From Bacteroidia bacterium (GTDB lineage Bacteria; Bacteroidota; Ignavibacteria; UBA10030): a DNA stretch of 64,000 bases. Made by a program: the position numbers and the translations under genes. The stretch is taken from contig BQML01000029.1 of NCBI GenBank assembly GCA_022180565.1, forward strand, positions 18,174 to 82,173, read 5' to 3'. This document shows, in pieces, positions 1-10,163 of this stretch (position 1 is its first letter; each line of letters opens with the position of its first letter). The notes under the pieces were generated by a model. The model was not told the DNA's origin. It did not search any database and worked only from the letters and a program-made list of their open reading frames with translations.

Positions 1-167
1 AAATCATGGCCGTCAACCCGTTCCCCCTTAAGTGCAACAAACAGATCTCCTCGTCTTACAGTCCGAGAATCGATTGAGACACCCGTCACGGAAAGACGTG
101 ATCGAATGTCAAGGTCGATGGCTTTGACGTGTCTGACCTTCAGGATGTCCGATGCCGTCAGGTTCAC
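1..167 (-). CDS. murF: UDP-N-acetylmuramoyl-tripeptide--D-alanyl-D-alanine ligase MurF, N-terminal fragment (runs off the window)
   Basis: Minus-strand frame reads [56 protein letters not shown], matching the MurF N-terminus ([18 protein letters not shown]). GTG start overlaps the murE stop (GTGA). The tracked ORF 109..354(-) is in a different frame. Confidence 0.6.
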   Translation of the reverse strand, partial: MNLTASDILKVRHVKAIDLDIRSRLSVTGVSIDSRTVRRGDLFVALKGERVDGHD

Positions 168-1672
168 GAGTATGATTCCATGAATTCTTGAACGACTTCA
201 TGGTCGCTGAAATGGACCCTGGTGGTGCCGATGATCTGATACTCCTCATGTCCTTTGCCAGCGATGAGGACCACGTCGCCGGCTTTCGCCCGCGAGAGGG
301 CGGCACGAATGGCCTTACGTCGGTCTGGCTCAACAACAACCCGGCTTCGGTCACCCATCCCTTTCAGGATATCGTCGATAATTTTCCCGGGATCTTCCGT
401 TCGCGGATTATCCGAAGTGACGATGCACAAATCGGCCAGCTCTGCTGCTACGGCACCCATCAGCGGGCGTTTTGCGGCATCCCGATCGCCGCCGGCCCCA
501 AAGACCGCGAGGAGAGCACCGCGCCGCTCCCTTGGAAGGACTTCATGAATCGCACGGAGAGCTTTTTCAAGCGCATCTGGCGTGTGGGCATAATCAATGA
601 TGGCGGTCCATCCGAAAGGCGAAGGAATTCGTTCAAACCGGCCTTTAATAGCTGACACCCGTTCAAGGCCTTTTGCAATCTCATCGGGGGGGATCTCGAG
701 GCTGATACCCGCTGCGTAGGCGGCAAGAAGGTTGTAGATATTGAATCTCCCGAGCAAGGATGACCGAATCGCGGAGGTTCGGCCCCGATATTCAATGTTC
801 AACATCGTTCCGTCCAGCGACAGGTTCGCGCCTGCGACACGAACATCTGCTTCCGCGTCGTACCCATAGGATAGCGTCTTCGTTCGTGCCGCGGCAAAGA
901 TCCTTCTCCCCCAATCATCGTCTCGGTTTGTCACCGTGCAGGCGGACGGATCCAGGGTTTCAAAGAGGATTTGTTTTGCCGCGAAGTACTCCTCCATCGT
1001 CCTGTGATAGTCCAGATGGTCTTGCGTGAGGTTGGTGAAAACCGCGGTGGCAAAACGAATGCCGTGCACGCGGGACTGGTGCAGGGAATGCGAAGACACT
1101 TCCATGGACACGGCAGTGCATCCTTCCTCGACCATCTGTGCGAGAAGCTTGTTCAGTTCGAGCGACTCCGGCGTTGTGTGCGTGGCAGACAGGGAGCGGT
1201 TTCCGATCTGGTACCCGATTGTCCCGATCAAACCTGTCTTGCGGCCGGACACTTCCAGCATGGATTTAATCAAATGCGTCGTTGTTGTTTTTCCGTTTGT
1301 GCCCGTGACACCGACCATGATGAGCTTTTTCGACGGGTGGTCATAGAAGTTTGCCGAGAGCAGCGCGAGAGCCTTTCGTGTGTCTGCGACAACAATCTTG
1401 ATCACACCGTGGTGCATGCACAGGGAGTCCGGGATAGCGTTGTCGTCCTGCACCACCACAACCGCGGCTCCGCGCGAGATTGCATCCTGCAGATACCGAT
1501 GACCGTCTGTTCCCTGTCCTGCGATGGCGACGAAGCAATCCCCTTTTTCCACCAGCCTGGAATCGTACCTGATCCCGCGCACTTCAACATCGTGGGTTAC
1601 GACCATGCGGCCGAACATGGTTTGAAACAATTTGGTGACCGGAATTCCTGCCAGCAATGGTGACAGCTTCAT
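164..1672 (-). CDS. murE: UDP-N-acetylmuramoyl-L-alanyl-D-glutamate--2,6-diaminopimelate ligase
   Basis: 502 aa with the Mur ligase P-loop [12 protein letters not shown] and a DNPR motif; sits between ftsI and murF in the dcw cluster. Confidence 0.9.
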   Translation of the reverse strand: MKLSPLLAGIPVTKLFQTMFGRMVVTHDVEVRGIRYDSRLVEKGDCFVAIAGQGTDGHRYLQDAISRGAAVVVVQDDNAIPDSLCMHHGVIKIVVADTRKALALLSANFYDHPSKKLIMVGVTGTNGKTTTTHLIKSMLEVSGRKTGLIGTIGYQIGNRSLSATHTTPESLELNKLLAQMVEEGCTAVSMEVSSHSLHQSRVHGIRFATAVFTNLTQDHLDYHRTMEEYFAAKQILFETLDPSACTVTNRDDDWGRRIFAAARTKTLSYGYDAEADVRVAGANLSLDGTMLNIEYRGRTSAIRSSLLGRFNIYNLLAAYAAGISLEIPPDEIAKGLERVSAIKGRFERIPSPFGWTAIIDYAHTPDALEKALRAIHEVLPRERRGALLAVFGAGGDRDAAKRPLMGAVAAELADLCIVTSDNPRTEDPGKIIDDILKGMGDRSRVVVEPDRRKAIRAALSRAKAGDVVLIAGKGHEEYQIIGTTRVHFSDHEVVQEFMESYS

Positions 1673-1709
1673 GGCTCCGTACTCCTCGCCCTCCCTCCGG
1701 TCTCCTGTG

Positions 1710-3884
1710 TCAATAGAGCACAGCTGAAATAATCTCGCGCGGCTCGCATAACAGACGAACGGTTGACCCCGGAGCTGCCTTTTGTCCCGGTGCGGGGGAT
1801 TGGCGAACCACCATGCCGGATCCCTCCAGAACGATATCGAATTCGTCGAGCATGAGCCTGTTGACCGCCCTGCGGACGCTGAGTCCGCGTACGTCCGGCA
1901 CGATTACGAGGTCCCCTTCCTCTGGGGGCTCATCGCGCACAACAAGCTTGATGGAAGATCCCTGCATCATGCGCGAGCCCGGCTGTGGGGATTGTTTGAT
2001 CACAAACCTCCCCCGTCCGAACACTTCGGGCTGAAGGCCCTGCCCGCGCAAAATGCGTTCGGCGATCGGAAGCATAACCGTCCGGACATCGGGAACGACA
2101 ACGGGTTTCACATCGTCCGACGGTGTGTCTGCCGGCGATGTCCGTTGAAATCGCGATGACGTCTGGAGAACGCGTTCTGCAACGGCGCGGAAAATCGGTC
2201 CGCTGGTTACACCACCATAGTATCCGCGGGCGCGTGGGTTCTCCATCATGACCAGACAGACCACCTGCGGGTCTTCCCCCGGGAAGTATCCGACGAAGGA
2301 CGCCGTGTAACTCCCGGGAGCGTACTTGCCGTCCACGATGCGCCGCGCCGTTCCTGTTTTTCCCGCGACCCGTACTCCGGGGATGCGAACCTCCTGCGCC
2401 GTGCCGCGCTCCACGGCACCTTCGAAAGCCTCAGTCAGCTTCACCGCCGTTTCCTTCGATACCACGCGACGGATTTTCTGCGGCCGGTTTTCGCGAATGA
2501 GAGCGCCGTCTTTGGTAAGAATTTGCCGCACAACGTACGGCTTCATCAGCACTCCGCCGTTTGCAATCGCGGCATAGGCAGCGGCAATCTGAAGAGGAGT
2601 GACGGCGACTTCGTAGCCGTACGCCATGGTCTGCATCGTAATACCCGACCATTCATGAGGTTTCTTCAGCCGTCCCCTCACTTCTCCGGGAAGCTCGACA
2701 CCGGTAGGGATGCCGAATCCGAAATCGCGGGCTTGGCGGTAAAAGCGCTCGGGACCAATAAGCTCGACGGCCTTAGCCATGACGATATTGCTGGATTGCT
2801 CCAGGCCTTCACGGAAGGTGAGACTTTCATGACTGTGCGTATCACGGATCTGGCGAACGACCCTCCCGCGCATCATCACTTTGTAGAGACCATTCTCCGC
2901 ATCAAACCGCTTCTCGGGTGAGATAACATCATGTTCATAGGCCGCGGCGGCCGTGACGATCTTGAATATCGAGCCGGGCTCAAACATGTCGGTGACCACC
3001 TTGTTTCTTGCTGTGCCCGACTCATACGACTCCGGCGTGTTGGGATTGATGGAAGGCACCGTTGCCAGCGCAAGAATCTCGCCGGTCTTCGGGTCCAACA
3101 TGACCGCCAGCCCGCCGTCGGCCTTATTGAGTGTAACCCCGGTCTTGAGTTCCTCTTCGAGGATCGCCTGATAGGACAGGTCAATGGTCAGGCGCACGTC
3201 ATGACCATCGACAGGTTCCACCGTGGGGTAATCTGCGGACGGGCGGGTGCGACCCAGACCGTCGCGCTGCATGACGACAGAACCAGCCGTTCCGCGAAGA
3301 TCCTCATCGCATACAAGCTCCATCCCGGCGATGCCGTTATTGTCGATGTCGGTGAAGCCGATGAGGGATGCTGCGAGTTCGTCGTAATGGTAGAGGCGTT
3401 TCGGTTCTTTGACCATGACGACGCCCTCGAGGGTCGCCGCGGAAAGCCGCCGGGCGACGGATGGATTCACCCGTCGCTCGAGCCAGACAAAGCGGCGGGA
3501 GGGATCAGTCCGGAGCCGGGAGAGATAGTGCGTAGCAGGCTTGTTGAAGACACGGGCGAATGCGTTGGCCACAGCCACGTCCTTGTCGCCCACGATTTTT
3601 GGATCGGCGGCAAAGGATACAAACATGGTGTTGGACACAAGGACCTGACCTGACCGGTCGTAAATATTTCCCCGCACGGCAGGAAGGGTGAATTTCTGCT
3701 CATATTGCTTGCGGGCAATGGCGCGGTACTTTGGCGCCTCAATAATCTGGATGGTCACAAGGCGTACGGCGATCACGACGAAGAACAGAGCCAGAAAAGC
3801 CTTCAACGCCAGCAGACGCCATGCGCCGCCGGAGGCACTCCGTCCGTTTTCTTCCGGCGCCTGAAAGAGGGGGGTGTGGTTCAT
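1710..3884 (-). CDS. ftsI: Division-specific class B penicillin-binding protein (transpeptidase) with C-terminal PASTA domains
   Basis: 724 aa; N-terminal TM helix, PBP dimerisation and transpeptidase regions (SxxK-like, KTGT), two C-terminal PASTA-like repeats; dcw-cluster position. Confidence 0.85.
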   Translation of the reverse strand: MNHTPLFQAPEENGRSASGGAWRLLALKAFLALFFVVIAVRLVTIQIIEAPKYRAIARKQYEQKFTLPAVRGNIYDRSGQVLVSNTMFVSFAADPKIVGDKDVAVANAFARVFNKPATHYLSRLRTDPSRRFVWLERRVNPSVARRLSAATLEGVVMVKEPKRLYHYDELAASLIGFTDIDNNGIAGMELVCDEDLRGTAGSVVMQRDGLGRTRPSADYPTVEPVDGHDVRLTIDLSYQAILEEELKTGVTLNKADGGLAVMLDPKTGEILALATVPSINPNTPESYESGTARNKVVTDMFEPGSIFKIVTAAAAYEHDVISPEKRFDAENGLYKVMMRGRVVRQIRDTHSHESLTFREGLEQSSNIVMAKAVELIGPERFYRQARDFGFGIPTGVELPGEVRGRLKKPHEWSGITMQTMAYGYEVAVTPLQIAAAYAAIANGGVLMKPYVVRQILTKDGALIRENRPQKIRRVVSKETAVKLTEAFEGAVERGTAQEVRIPGVRVAGKTGTARRIVDGKYAPGSYTASFVGYFPGEDPQVVCLVMMENPRARGYYGGVTSGPIFRAVAERVLQTSSRFQRTSPADTPSDDVKPVVVPDVRTVMLPIAERILRGQGLQPEVFGRGRFVIKQSPQPGSRMMQGSSIKLVVRDEPPEEGDLVIVPDVRGLSVRRAVNRLMLDEFDIVLEGSGMVVRQSPAPGQKAAPGSTVRLLCEPREIISAVLY

Positions 3885-3887
3885 AGG

Positions 3888-4373
3888 TCAGTCGTTGCGC
3901 CCAGTCTCGCGTTCGACAGCGCGGAGTCGTTCCGGATCAATTGAAAGCCATACGGGCGGTTCCCGCAGATTCTGAAGACCCAGCTCAAGGGCCTTGTCCT
4001 GAATCCGCTCAAGGCTGGCCAGTCGGTTGATTCGGGCCCTGAGAATCTCCTGTTCCATCAGCACCTGTCGATGTTCGTTTTCGAGCGCGTTCACGTCGTG
4101 CAAAAGCTGATTCACAGCAATGATGTTGCTGATGTACAGCACGATGGCAATTGCCGCTGCGATCAGCATGATCATAATATTGAAGGGGCTGATCTTGCGG
4201 CGTACGGCCGCCCGGTTCACACGGGGACGCAGATCGGTCCTTTCAGGTTCCCCAGGCGGCTCAACAGGATTGCCCAGAGGCATGTTGCCGGGGTAAATCG
4301 GTAACGGCGCCCGATCCGTGCGCGGATCCATCGCCAAGGTTTCTTCCGGGAGGCGTTGTTTTGCCATGGTCAA
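3888..4373 (-). CDS. ftsL: Cell division protein FtsL-like (single TM helix plus coiled coil)
   Basis: 161 aa with a hydrophobic helix (IMIMLIAAAIAIVLYI) followed by a heptad-rich region; between rsmH and ftsI; 4-nt overlap with rsmH. Confidence 0.55.
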   Translation of the reverse strand: MTMAKQRLPEETLAMDPRTDRAPLPIYPGNMPLGNPVEPPGEPERTDLRPRVNRAAVRRKISPFNIMIMLIAAAIAIVLYISNIIAVNQLLHDVNALENEHRQVLMEQEILRARINRLASLERIQDKALELGLQNLREPPVWLSIDPERLRAVERETGRND

Positions 4374-5302
4374 AGTCTCTCGACGGCGCGCATCTTTGCG
4401 CTTCGTGCGCGGGGGTTGCGTTTCACTTCCTGCGGCGACGCCCCCACGGGCTTTCTGGTCAGAATCCTCACGAGAGGGCGGAGGGGCGTGTCGGGAAGCA
4501 AACCCGTTGCATGACGACGCGTTGTCCGCGAAGCCTCACGGAACGCTTCCTTGACAATTCTGTCTTCCAGAGAATGATAGGAGATGACCACGATCCGTCC
4601 GCCTCCGCGGGTCAGCTGTATGGCCTGTTCAAGAGCCTCCGTGAGGCTCTCAAGCTCGTTGTTGACTTCAATGCGAATGGCCTGAAACACGCGTGCGAGC
4701 GATTTGACACCGGCCGCCTTGCCCAGCGCCCGTTTTATAACCGACGCGAGGTCTCCCGTGGTCGTAAAACGATGCCGGGCCCGATGCTGAACGATCGAAC
4801 GCGCGATCAGGCCCGCATAGCGCTCTTCACCAAACCGCCGGAGGATTTGAGCCAGTTCTCCGAGGTCATAGGTATTCACGACCTGCGCGGCATCCAGATG
4901 TTGTCGCCGATCCATTCTCATATCGAGAGGCTCATCAAACCGGAACGAAAAGCCTCTCGTGGGTTCGTCGAGCTGGTGAGACGACACGCCAAGGTCAAAC
5001 AGGATTCCATCGATGCGTTCAACAGACAGCCGCGCAAGTTCGGCCTCAAGGGCGTTGAAGTTCGCATGGACGGCAACGAAACGTTCGCCGGCCGGTCTCA
5101 GCCGCCGTGATGCTTCAGCCAGAGCCTCGGGGTCTGCGTCAAAACCAATGCATCTTCCGGAAGGAGACGTTCGTTCGAGGATGGCGCGAGCGTGACCTCC
5201 ACCGCCAAGCGTCGCGTCCACATATGTCCCGCCTGGAACGGGAGCAAGCAGGGCAAGCGCTTCCTCAAGAAGCACGGGTGTATGAAACCGGTTTGGTTCC
5301 AA
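4370..5302 (-). CDS. rsmH: 16S rRNA (cytosine1402-N4)-methyltransferase
   Basis: 310 aa starting HTPVLLEEAL...YVDATLGGGGHA, which is the MraW/RsmH signature; follows mraZ. Confidence 0.9.
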   Translation of the reverse strand: MEPNRFHTPVLLEEALALLAPVPGGTYVDATLGGGGHARAILERTSPSGRCIGFDADPEALAEASRRLRPAGERFVAVHANFNALEAELARLSVERIDGILFDLGVSSHQLDEPTRGFSFRFDEPLDMRMDRRQHLDAAQVVNTYDLGELAQILRRFGEERYAGLIARSIVQHRARHRFTTTGDLASVIKRALGKAAGVKSLARVFQAIRIEVNNELESLTEALEQAIQLTRGGGRIVVISYHSLEDRIVKEAFREASRTTRRHATGLLPDTPLRPLVRILTRKPVGASPQEVKRNPRARSAKMRAVERL

Positions 5303-5305
5303 CGC

Positions 5306-5755
5306 TCAGGCATTCGATTTCAGCACGGCTTCGGCCACCGTCTCATAGGTCGCCGGCTGGTTATTCATGTACTCTTCGTAGACCCTTGGATTCCAAATCT
5401 CAATCCGTTCGAGGACGCCGAGGATGAGCACCTCATTGTCAATGCCTGCAAACTTGAGCAGGTCCTGCGGCACGGTAATTCGCGCCTGACTGTCGAGCTG
5501 GCAGTCGCTGGACCACTGAAGGAGGGTTCGCACAAAAAACCGGTGCTGGGGATTGGAGGGGGAAAGATTGCGGATCGACTCTTCAAGCCGCATCCACTCG
5601 TCCTGCGGGTACAGGAAAAGGCACTGTTCAAATCCGCGTGTAAGAATGAAGGTATCGTTTGCCGCCGGAGAGACGCTCTTGCGCAACTTTGCCGGCAAGG
5701 CCACTCGTCCTTTATTGTCAACCGAGTATGAGTACCTTCCCTTGAAGGACGACAT
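5306..5755 (-). CDS. mraZ: Transcriptional regulator MraZ
   Basis: 149 aa starting MSSFKGRYSYSVDNKGRVALPAKLR, the duplicated MraZ/SpoVT-AbrB signature; first gene of the dcw cluster. Confidence 0.9.
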   Translation of the reverse strand: MSSFKGRYSYSVDNKGRVALPAKLRKSVSPAANDTFILTRGFEQCLFLYPQDEWMRLEESIRNLSPSNPQHRFFVRTLLQWSSDCQLDSQARITVPQDLLKFAGIDNEVLILGVLERIEIWNPRVYEEYMNNQPATYETVAEAVLKSNA

Positions 5756-5807
5756 CGATCTCGACAGCCTCCGAAGTCTTTGATTTTATTGCACCTGGCG
5801 AAACTCT

Positions 5808-5831
5808 CCCACATTCCCCACTTTTCCCCAC
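5808..5831 (-). promoter_or_regulatory. Putative MraZ operator: three GTGGG direct repeats at 9-10 bp periodicity
   Basis: The coding (minus) strand reads atGTGGGgaaaaGTGGGgaatGTGGGagag, 53-76 nt upstream of the mraZ ATG. This is the arrangement of MraZ-binding repeats described in E. coli and other bacteria. Confidence 0.45.
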
Positions 5832-5841
5832 ATGGCACTGC

Positions 5842-5870
5842 AATTTACGGAAAAGCGACTTAAAGTCAAG
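5842..5870 (-). promoter_or_regulatory. Candidate Pmra promoter (TTGACT-17-TAAATT) just upstream of the MraZ repeats
   Basis: On the minus strand: TTGACT, a 17-nt spacer, then TAAATT, with the GTGGG repeats starting about 10 nt downstream. Confidence 0.3.
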
Positions 5871-6118
5871 CGAAAAGTGCAATAAATACAGGGGTTTACG
5901 GATGTTGATAAATTCCGGGAGCGTGTGCATAAGTATGGATGGGTGAAAAAATCCCCACAGGTCCGGAAAAACAGTGGAAATTGAGCCAAATGAGAATGGC
6001 CCGGTCAAGGCACTATTCCTCTTTGAGCCGTGGAAAGGCCTAATTCAGCGAATTGACTCTGGCGAATCTTCTGGTTTTCTTACACCGCTTTCTGACGATC
6101 AACGAATTCAGGTGAGAA

Positions 6119-6787
6119 ATGACACGACGATTTTTCAGCTCTGAGGATCTCGAAAAAATCTCCCGGGCGGTGAAAGAGGCGGAGAAGAGAACCGCTGGGG
6201 AAATCGTACCATATTTCGTTGAGCGAAGTGACACGTACGACGTTGCGGCCTGGAGAGGCGGAGCGCTGTTTGCCTCAATTGCCGTGGTTGCCATCGCGCT
6301 CCTCCACCTTCTCACGGAGACTTGGCACGGGCTCGGCCCCCTCGAAATCGGCATCATCATCCTTGGTGCCTTGGGCTTGGGAGTGTTTATCACTCATCGG
6401 GTTGCTCCGCTGAAACGATTGCTTGCGGGAAACGACCTCCTGGAGCTCCGCGTTGCCCAGCGGGCAGCTCAGGCTTTCATTGCGGAAGAGGTGTTCAAGA
6501 CCCGGGACCGAACAGGCATTCTTTTGTTCCTCAGCTTGCTTGAGCACAAGGTTCTCGTCGTGGGCGACTCGGGGATCAGTGCGCGGGTGGAGCAATCTGA
6601 ATGGAGGGATGTGGTTGAAACCATCACACGCGGGATCCAGACCGGCAAACCCGCCGACGGACTGATCGAGGCCATTCGGAAGTGCGGTATTCTCCTTCAG
6701 AAGAAGGGCGTGCGCAGACACCGGGCGGACCGGAATGAGCTGGGGAACAAATTACGAATTGGAAAAACGCAGAGGAGGAAACCATGA
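6119..6787 (+). CDS. TPM-domain (TLP18.3/Psb32/MOLO-1-like, DUF477) membrane protein
   Basis: 222 aa; N-terminal region followed by TM helices; stop overlaps the start of the next TPM gene (ATGA). Confidence 0.5.
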   Translation: MTRRFFSSEDLEKISRAVKEAEKRTAGEIVPYFVERSDTYDVAAWRGGALFASIAVVAIALLHLLTETWHGLGPLEIGIIILGALGLGVFITHRVAPLKRLLAGNDLLELRVAQRAAQAFIAEEVFKTRDRTGILLFLSLLEHKVLVVGDSGISARVEQSEWRDVVETITRGIQTGKPADGLIEAIRKCGILLQKKGVRRHRADRNELGNKLRIGKTQRRKP

Positions 6788-7674
6788 CGAAGCTTCTTCT
6801 CCTTTGCATAATGGCGATGGCAACCGTTGCTCGCGCGCAAGATGTTCCCTACCTGTCCGGACGCGTCAATGACTATGCCGGGATGCTCTCTCCGGGCGTC
6901 GCCCGTGATCTCGAGGAGCGATTGCGGGCTCATGAAGAGCAAACGTCGAATCAGGTTGTGGTATTGACCGTGGCAAGCCTCGAAGGAAACGTGATTGAGG
7001 ATTTCTCCATCCGCGTTGCGGAGGCGTGGAAGCTGGGCCAGAGGGACAAGGACAATGGGGTGCTGTTTCTGATCGTGCGTGATGACAGGAAGTTGAGAAT
7101 CGAAGTCGGCGATGGATTGGAAGGCGTGTTGACCGATGCGCGGTGCAGTCAGATTATTCGCCACGAGGTGGTGCCGCGATTCAAAAACGGAGACTTTGAT
7201 GGAGGGATCACCGCGGGAGTCTCCGCGATTCTGGGAACGATCGAGGGAACTTACGTTGCCGAGGAAATCGAGGAAATGCCGGAGAGCGGTTTTGAATCCT
7301 TTCCGGAGAAAATCATGGCGCTGGGGATTTTCGGGTTTGTTGTCGGAACGTTCACGCTTATCGCTCTCATCCAACCTAAAGGTGTGGGTTGGTTTCTCTA
7401 TGTGTTCCTTATTCCTTTCTGGTTCACGTTTCCCTGGGCAATTCTGGGAACACTCATTCCAGGCATCGTATATCTGATTGGTTTTCCCGTTCTGAAGGTT
7501 CTCCTAGGCAGGAATCCCGCCGTCAAACGTTGGGCCGCAACGATGGCGACCAGCCGAGGGGGAAGCGGATGGACATCCGGCGGGGGGTGGTCATCCGGAG
7601 GCTTTTCGGGCGGAGGAGGATTTTCGGGCGGGGGCGGGAGCTTTTCGGGAGGAGGAAGCTCGGGGAGTTGGTAG
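6784..7674 (+). CDS. TPM-domain protein, YgcG-like, with TM segments and a Gly/Ser-rich C-terminal tail
   Basis: Signal peptide; core DNGVLFLIVRDDRKLRIEVGDGLEG is the TPM signature; two TM helices; tail GGSGWTSGGGWSSGGFSGGGGFSGGGG as in YgcG homologs. Confidence 0.7.
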   Translation: MTKLLLLCIMAMATVARAQDVPYLSGRVNDYAGMLSPGVARDLEERLRAHEEQTSNQVVVLTVASLEGNVIEDFSIRVAEAWKLGQRDKDNGVLFLIVRDDRKLRIEVGDGLEGVLTDARCSQIIRHEVVPRFKNGDFDGGITAGVSAILGTIEGTYVAEEIEEMPESGFESFPEKIMALGIFGFVVGTFTLIALIQPKGVGWFLYVFLIPFWFTFPWAILGTLIPGIVYLIGFPVLKVLLGRNPAVKRWAATMATSRGGSGWTSGGGWSSGGFSGGGGFSGGGGSFSGGGSSGSW

Positions 7675-7772
7675 ATACGTCATAGGATCTTGGACGTTCT
7701 GCAAAGGAAAGTGTTTCATGGCAAGAAAGAACCTGAATGTCCGGTCCTCTGTCGGTCGTCCAGAGTGAATGT

Positions 7773-8381
7773 TCAATCAGCACGTGAGACTACGCCCAAA
7801 TCCTGCAAAGCGTTTTCTAAACGTGCCGCTCCCTCAAACACTATCCCCACCATCCCTGCCTTCCGTGCCCCCTCCACATTTTCCGGAAGATCGTCGATAA
7901 AGGCGATGGTGTGCGCGGGAGCGCGAACGGTATCAAGAACGCGTGCGTAGTATTCGGGCGCCGGTTTCAGCGTTTTCATTTCCCACGAAAGAAAAAACCG
8001 CGGAATGAGGGAAAGAAAGCGAAATTGCCTGCGGCAATAGGCAAAATGCGTTTCATTCGTGTTGCTCGCCAGCGCAACAGGAACGGATGAACTGACGCGC
8101 TCAAGAAGTTCCGGCATTCCCGTAACCGCTTGCCCTATAACGCTTTCCATCGCCTCGGTAAGCTTCTCCCGTGCGTATTTTCCCTCGAAGATCTTATCCA
8201 GATTCCGGAAAAAGGTGTCAGAATCGATCTCTCCTTGTTCGTATCGGTGAATGAGGCGGAGAACGAGTGACCGGCGCATTTCCTTCCGTGCGTGATCCGT
8301 TCCGAGCGTTGCCGAAAACCGTTCGGGGTGGATTGTGACGAGGACATTTCCGAGGTCAAAGAGAACGTGAGAAATTCTGTT
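7773..8381 (-). CDS. HAD-superfamily hydrolase, subfamily IA (YihX-like sugar-phosphate phosphatase)
   Basis: Starts MNRISHVLFDLGNVLV (motif I, FDLGNV as in YihX) and has a C-terminal FIDDLPENVEGARKAGM motif IV. The ATG overlaps the stop of the upstream metallophosphoesterase (ATGA). The tracked ORF extends further 5' with no support. Confidence 0.7.
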   Translation of the reverse strand, partial: NRISHVLFDLGNVLVTIHPERFSATLGTDHARKEMRRSLVLRLIHRYEQGEIDSDTFFRNLDKIFEGKYAREKLTEAMESVIGQAVTGMPELLERVSSSVPVALASNTNETHFAYCRRQFRFLSLIPRFFLSWEMKTLKPAPEYYARVLDTVRAPAHTIAFIDDLPENVEGARKAGMVGIVFEGAARLENALQDLGVVSRAD

Positions 8382-9031
8382 CATCCCTTGAGCTCCACGC
8401 TCACGCCCTTTCCAACGGTCAATATCGCGTAGTACCCTTTCATCGCGGGTCCGCAATTGACGACTACGGTCGATCCGATGGCGTCGATGCCGCGCGCCTC
8501 GTGGATGTGTCCGCACACAACGGCGTCGGGATGGCATTGCTCCACGAATTTTCTGACGGCGGTGCTTCCGACGTGTTGACCCGTGCGGATGGCATCGACT
8601 TTCGTGCCGCGAGGCGGCGCATGGGGAACAAAGATCTTGATCCGGGCCGCCTGAACATCCTTCCATCCGCTGTGAGCACGCAGGGCAATCTCCTCTTCTG
8701 CAATTTCGTACGGCGTATTCATTGGTGTTGGGGGCGAGCCCGACACGCCAAAAATTCCCACGTCGTCCAAGAAAACGCCGCGGCCGTTGACCAAAGTGCT
8801 GTACCGGGAAAATGTATCCTCAAGGGAACGCGGGTCCATGTTGCCGGCGACGCTGTAGAGGGGAATTCCCGTTCTTGAAAATCGCTTCAAGGCTTCCGCG
8901 GCTTCCTCCGCAGTACCGTGCGTCGTCAAATCCCCGCCAAGGATCATCGCATGACATCCATGCTCGTCAGCAAGAATACGCTCGACGGTGTCGTATGCCG
9001 CATGGATATCGGTGAGGGCCAGGATCTTCAT
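8381..9031 (-). CDS. Metallophosphoesterase (calcineurin-like phosphoesterase)
   Basis: MKILALTDIH...GGDLTTHG...GNMD...VCGHIH metal-binding motifs. Start taken at MKIL; an upstream in-frame ATG at 9088 is possible. Confidence 0.65.
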   Translation of the reverse strand: MKILALTDIHAAYDTVERILADEHGCHAMILGGDLTTHGTAEEAAEALKRFSRTGIPLYSVAGNMDPRSLEDTFSRYSTLVNGRGVFLDDVGIFGVSGSPPTPMNTPYEIAEEEIALRAHSGWKDVQAARIKIFVPHAPPRGTKVDAIRTGQHVGSTAVRKFVEQCHPDAVVCGHIHEARGIDAIGSTVVVNCGPAMKGYYAILTVGKGVSVELKG

Positions 9032-9155
9032 GAGACTTTTGTGAGCAATGTTTTGTTCAAAATACGAAGATTTCCAATGATGATTCAAGGCGGTTGCATT
9101 TCCTTCCCTCGTTTTCTACCTTAGCCGTCGGATTTGAACGTGCTCTTTTGAGAAA

Positions 9156-10025
9156 ATGCCATCCCGCAAACGTATCTCCCGAACGCCACGGCTGAAAGCC
9201 GCCACCTGGAAGCCAAACAAGACGGCTCTCATCACGGGGGCTTCAAGCGGCATTGGGTACGATCTTGCCAGCATCTTCGCGGAAAACGGTTATAACGTCG
9301 TTCTTGTCGCCCGCAGGAAAGACAAACTCCTCGCTCTCGCGAACCAAGCTCAACAGATCTTTGGTGTTTCCGCTTACGTTCTTCAAAAAGATTTGACGAG
9401 GCCGGAATCCTCTGTCGAAATCCGGAGAGAGCTCGATCGCGCTGGCATTCACATCGATGTGCTTGTGAACAACGCCGGGTTCGGCTTGCTGGGGAGGTTC
9501 GCCACTTCCGCCAACGGGGAAGAGCTCGACATGATTCAAGTCAACGTTGTGACGCCGGTGCATCTTACAAAGCTGTTTCTGCCGGATATGCTTTTACGGG
9601 GCTCCGGAAAAATCCTCAATGTCGCGTCGACCGCCGGTTTTCAGCCGGGACCATACATGGCGAACTATTACGCCACAAAGGCATATCTGATCAGTTTTTC
9701 CCTGGGGCTTGCCGAGGAGGTGCGCGAGCGCGGAGTGACGGTGAGCGTGTTGTGCCCGGGTCCTACACCGACGGGATTCCGCGCCCGAGCGGGAATCAAG
9801 AAATCGGCCTTTGGTGGAATTGCCGACATGGATTCGCGCGTTGTCGCGCGCGCCGGCTTTGAAGGCCTTATAGCCGGAAGCCCCCTCATCGTTCCGGGCG
9901 TTTTCAACAAGCTGGGAACCATCGCCGTTCGCCTCCTTCCCGCAGGGCTTGCTGCACGCATTGTGGCCTCCGCGCAAAAAAGGCGAATGGATGATTCACA
10001 AGTCAGCGTTATCCGGCAACCATGA
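9156..10025 (+). CDS. SDR-family NAD(P)-dependent oxidoreductase
   Basis: TGASSGIGYDLA Rossmann motif, NNAG, and YxxxK (YYATKAY) catalytic motif. Confidence 0.8.
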   Translation: MPSRKRISRTPRLKAATWKPNKTALITGASSGIGYDLASIFAENGYNVVLVARRKDKLLALANQAQQIFGVSAYVLQKDLTRPESSVEIRRELDRAGIHIDVLVNNAGFGLLGRFATSANGEELDMIQVNVVTPVHLTKLFLPDMLLRGSGKILNVASTAGFQPGPYMANYYATKAYLISFSLGLAEEVRERGVTVSVLCPGPTPTGFRARAGIKKSAFGGIADMDSRVVARAGFEGLIAGSPLIVPGVFNKLGTIAVRLLPAGLAARIVASAQKRRMDDSQVSVIRQP

Positions 10026-10163
10026 GCCAATCCTCTTCAGGCAGGCGCGACGGTCCTCCGCAAAGGCGAATATGTCGCGCCGGCCTCGCTTCCTTGGGAG
10101 GGGCGCGGGCTTCCCCTGCCGTGACCGGACCCTCCGCCGAATTTTGGTCACCCATCAAACCCC

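Noticed and set aside
109-354. 81-aa minus-strand ORF offered by the track at the murE/murF junction
   Set aside because: Wrong frame. The MurF-like translation (…[24 protein letters not shown]) is in a different minus-strand frame, starting with GTG at 167.
971-1663. 230-aa plus-strand ORF inside murE
   Set aside because: Antisense to murE, whose Mur-ligase motifs are unambiguous on the minus strand.
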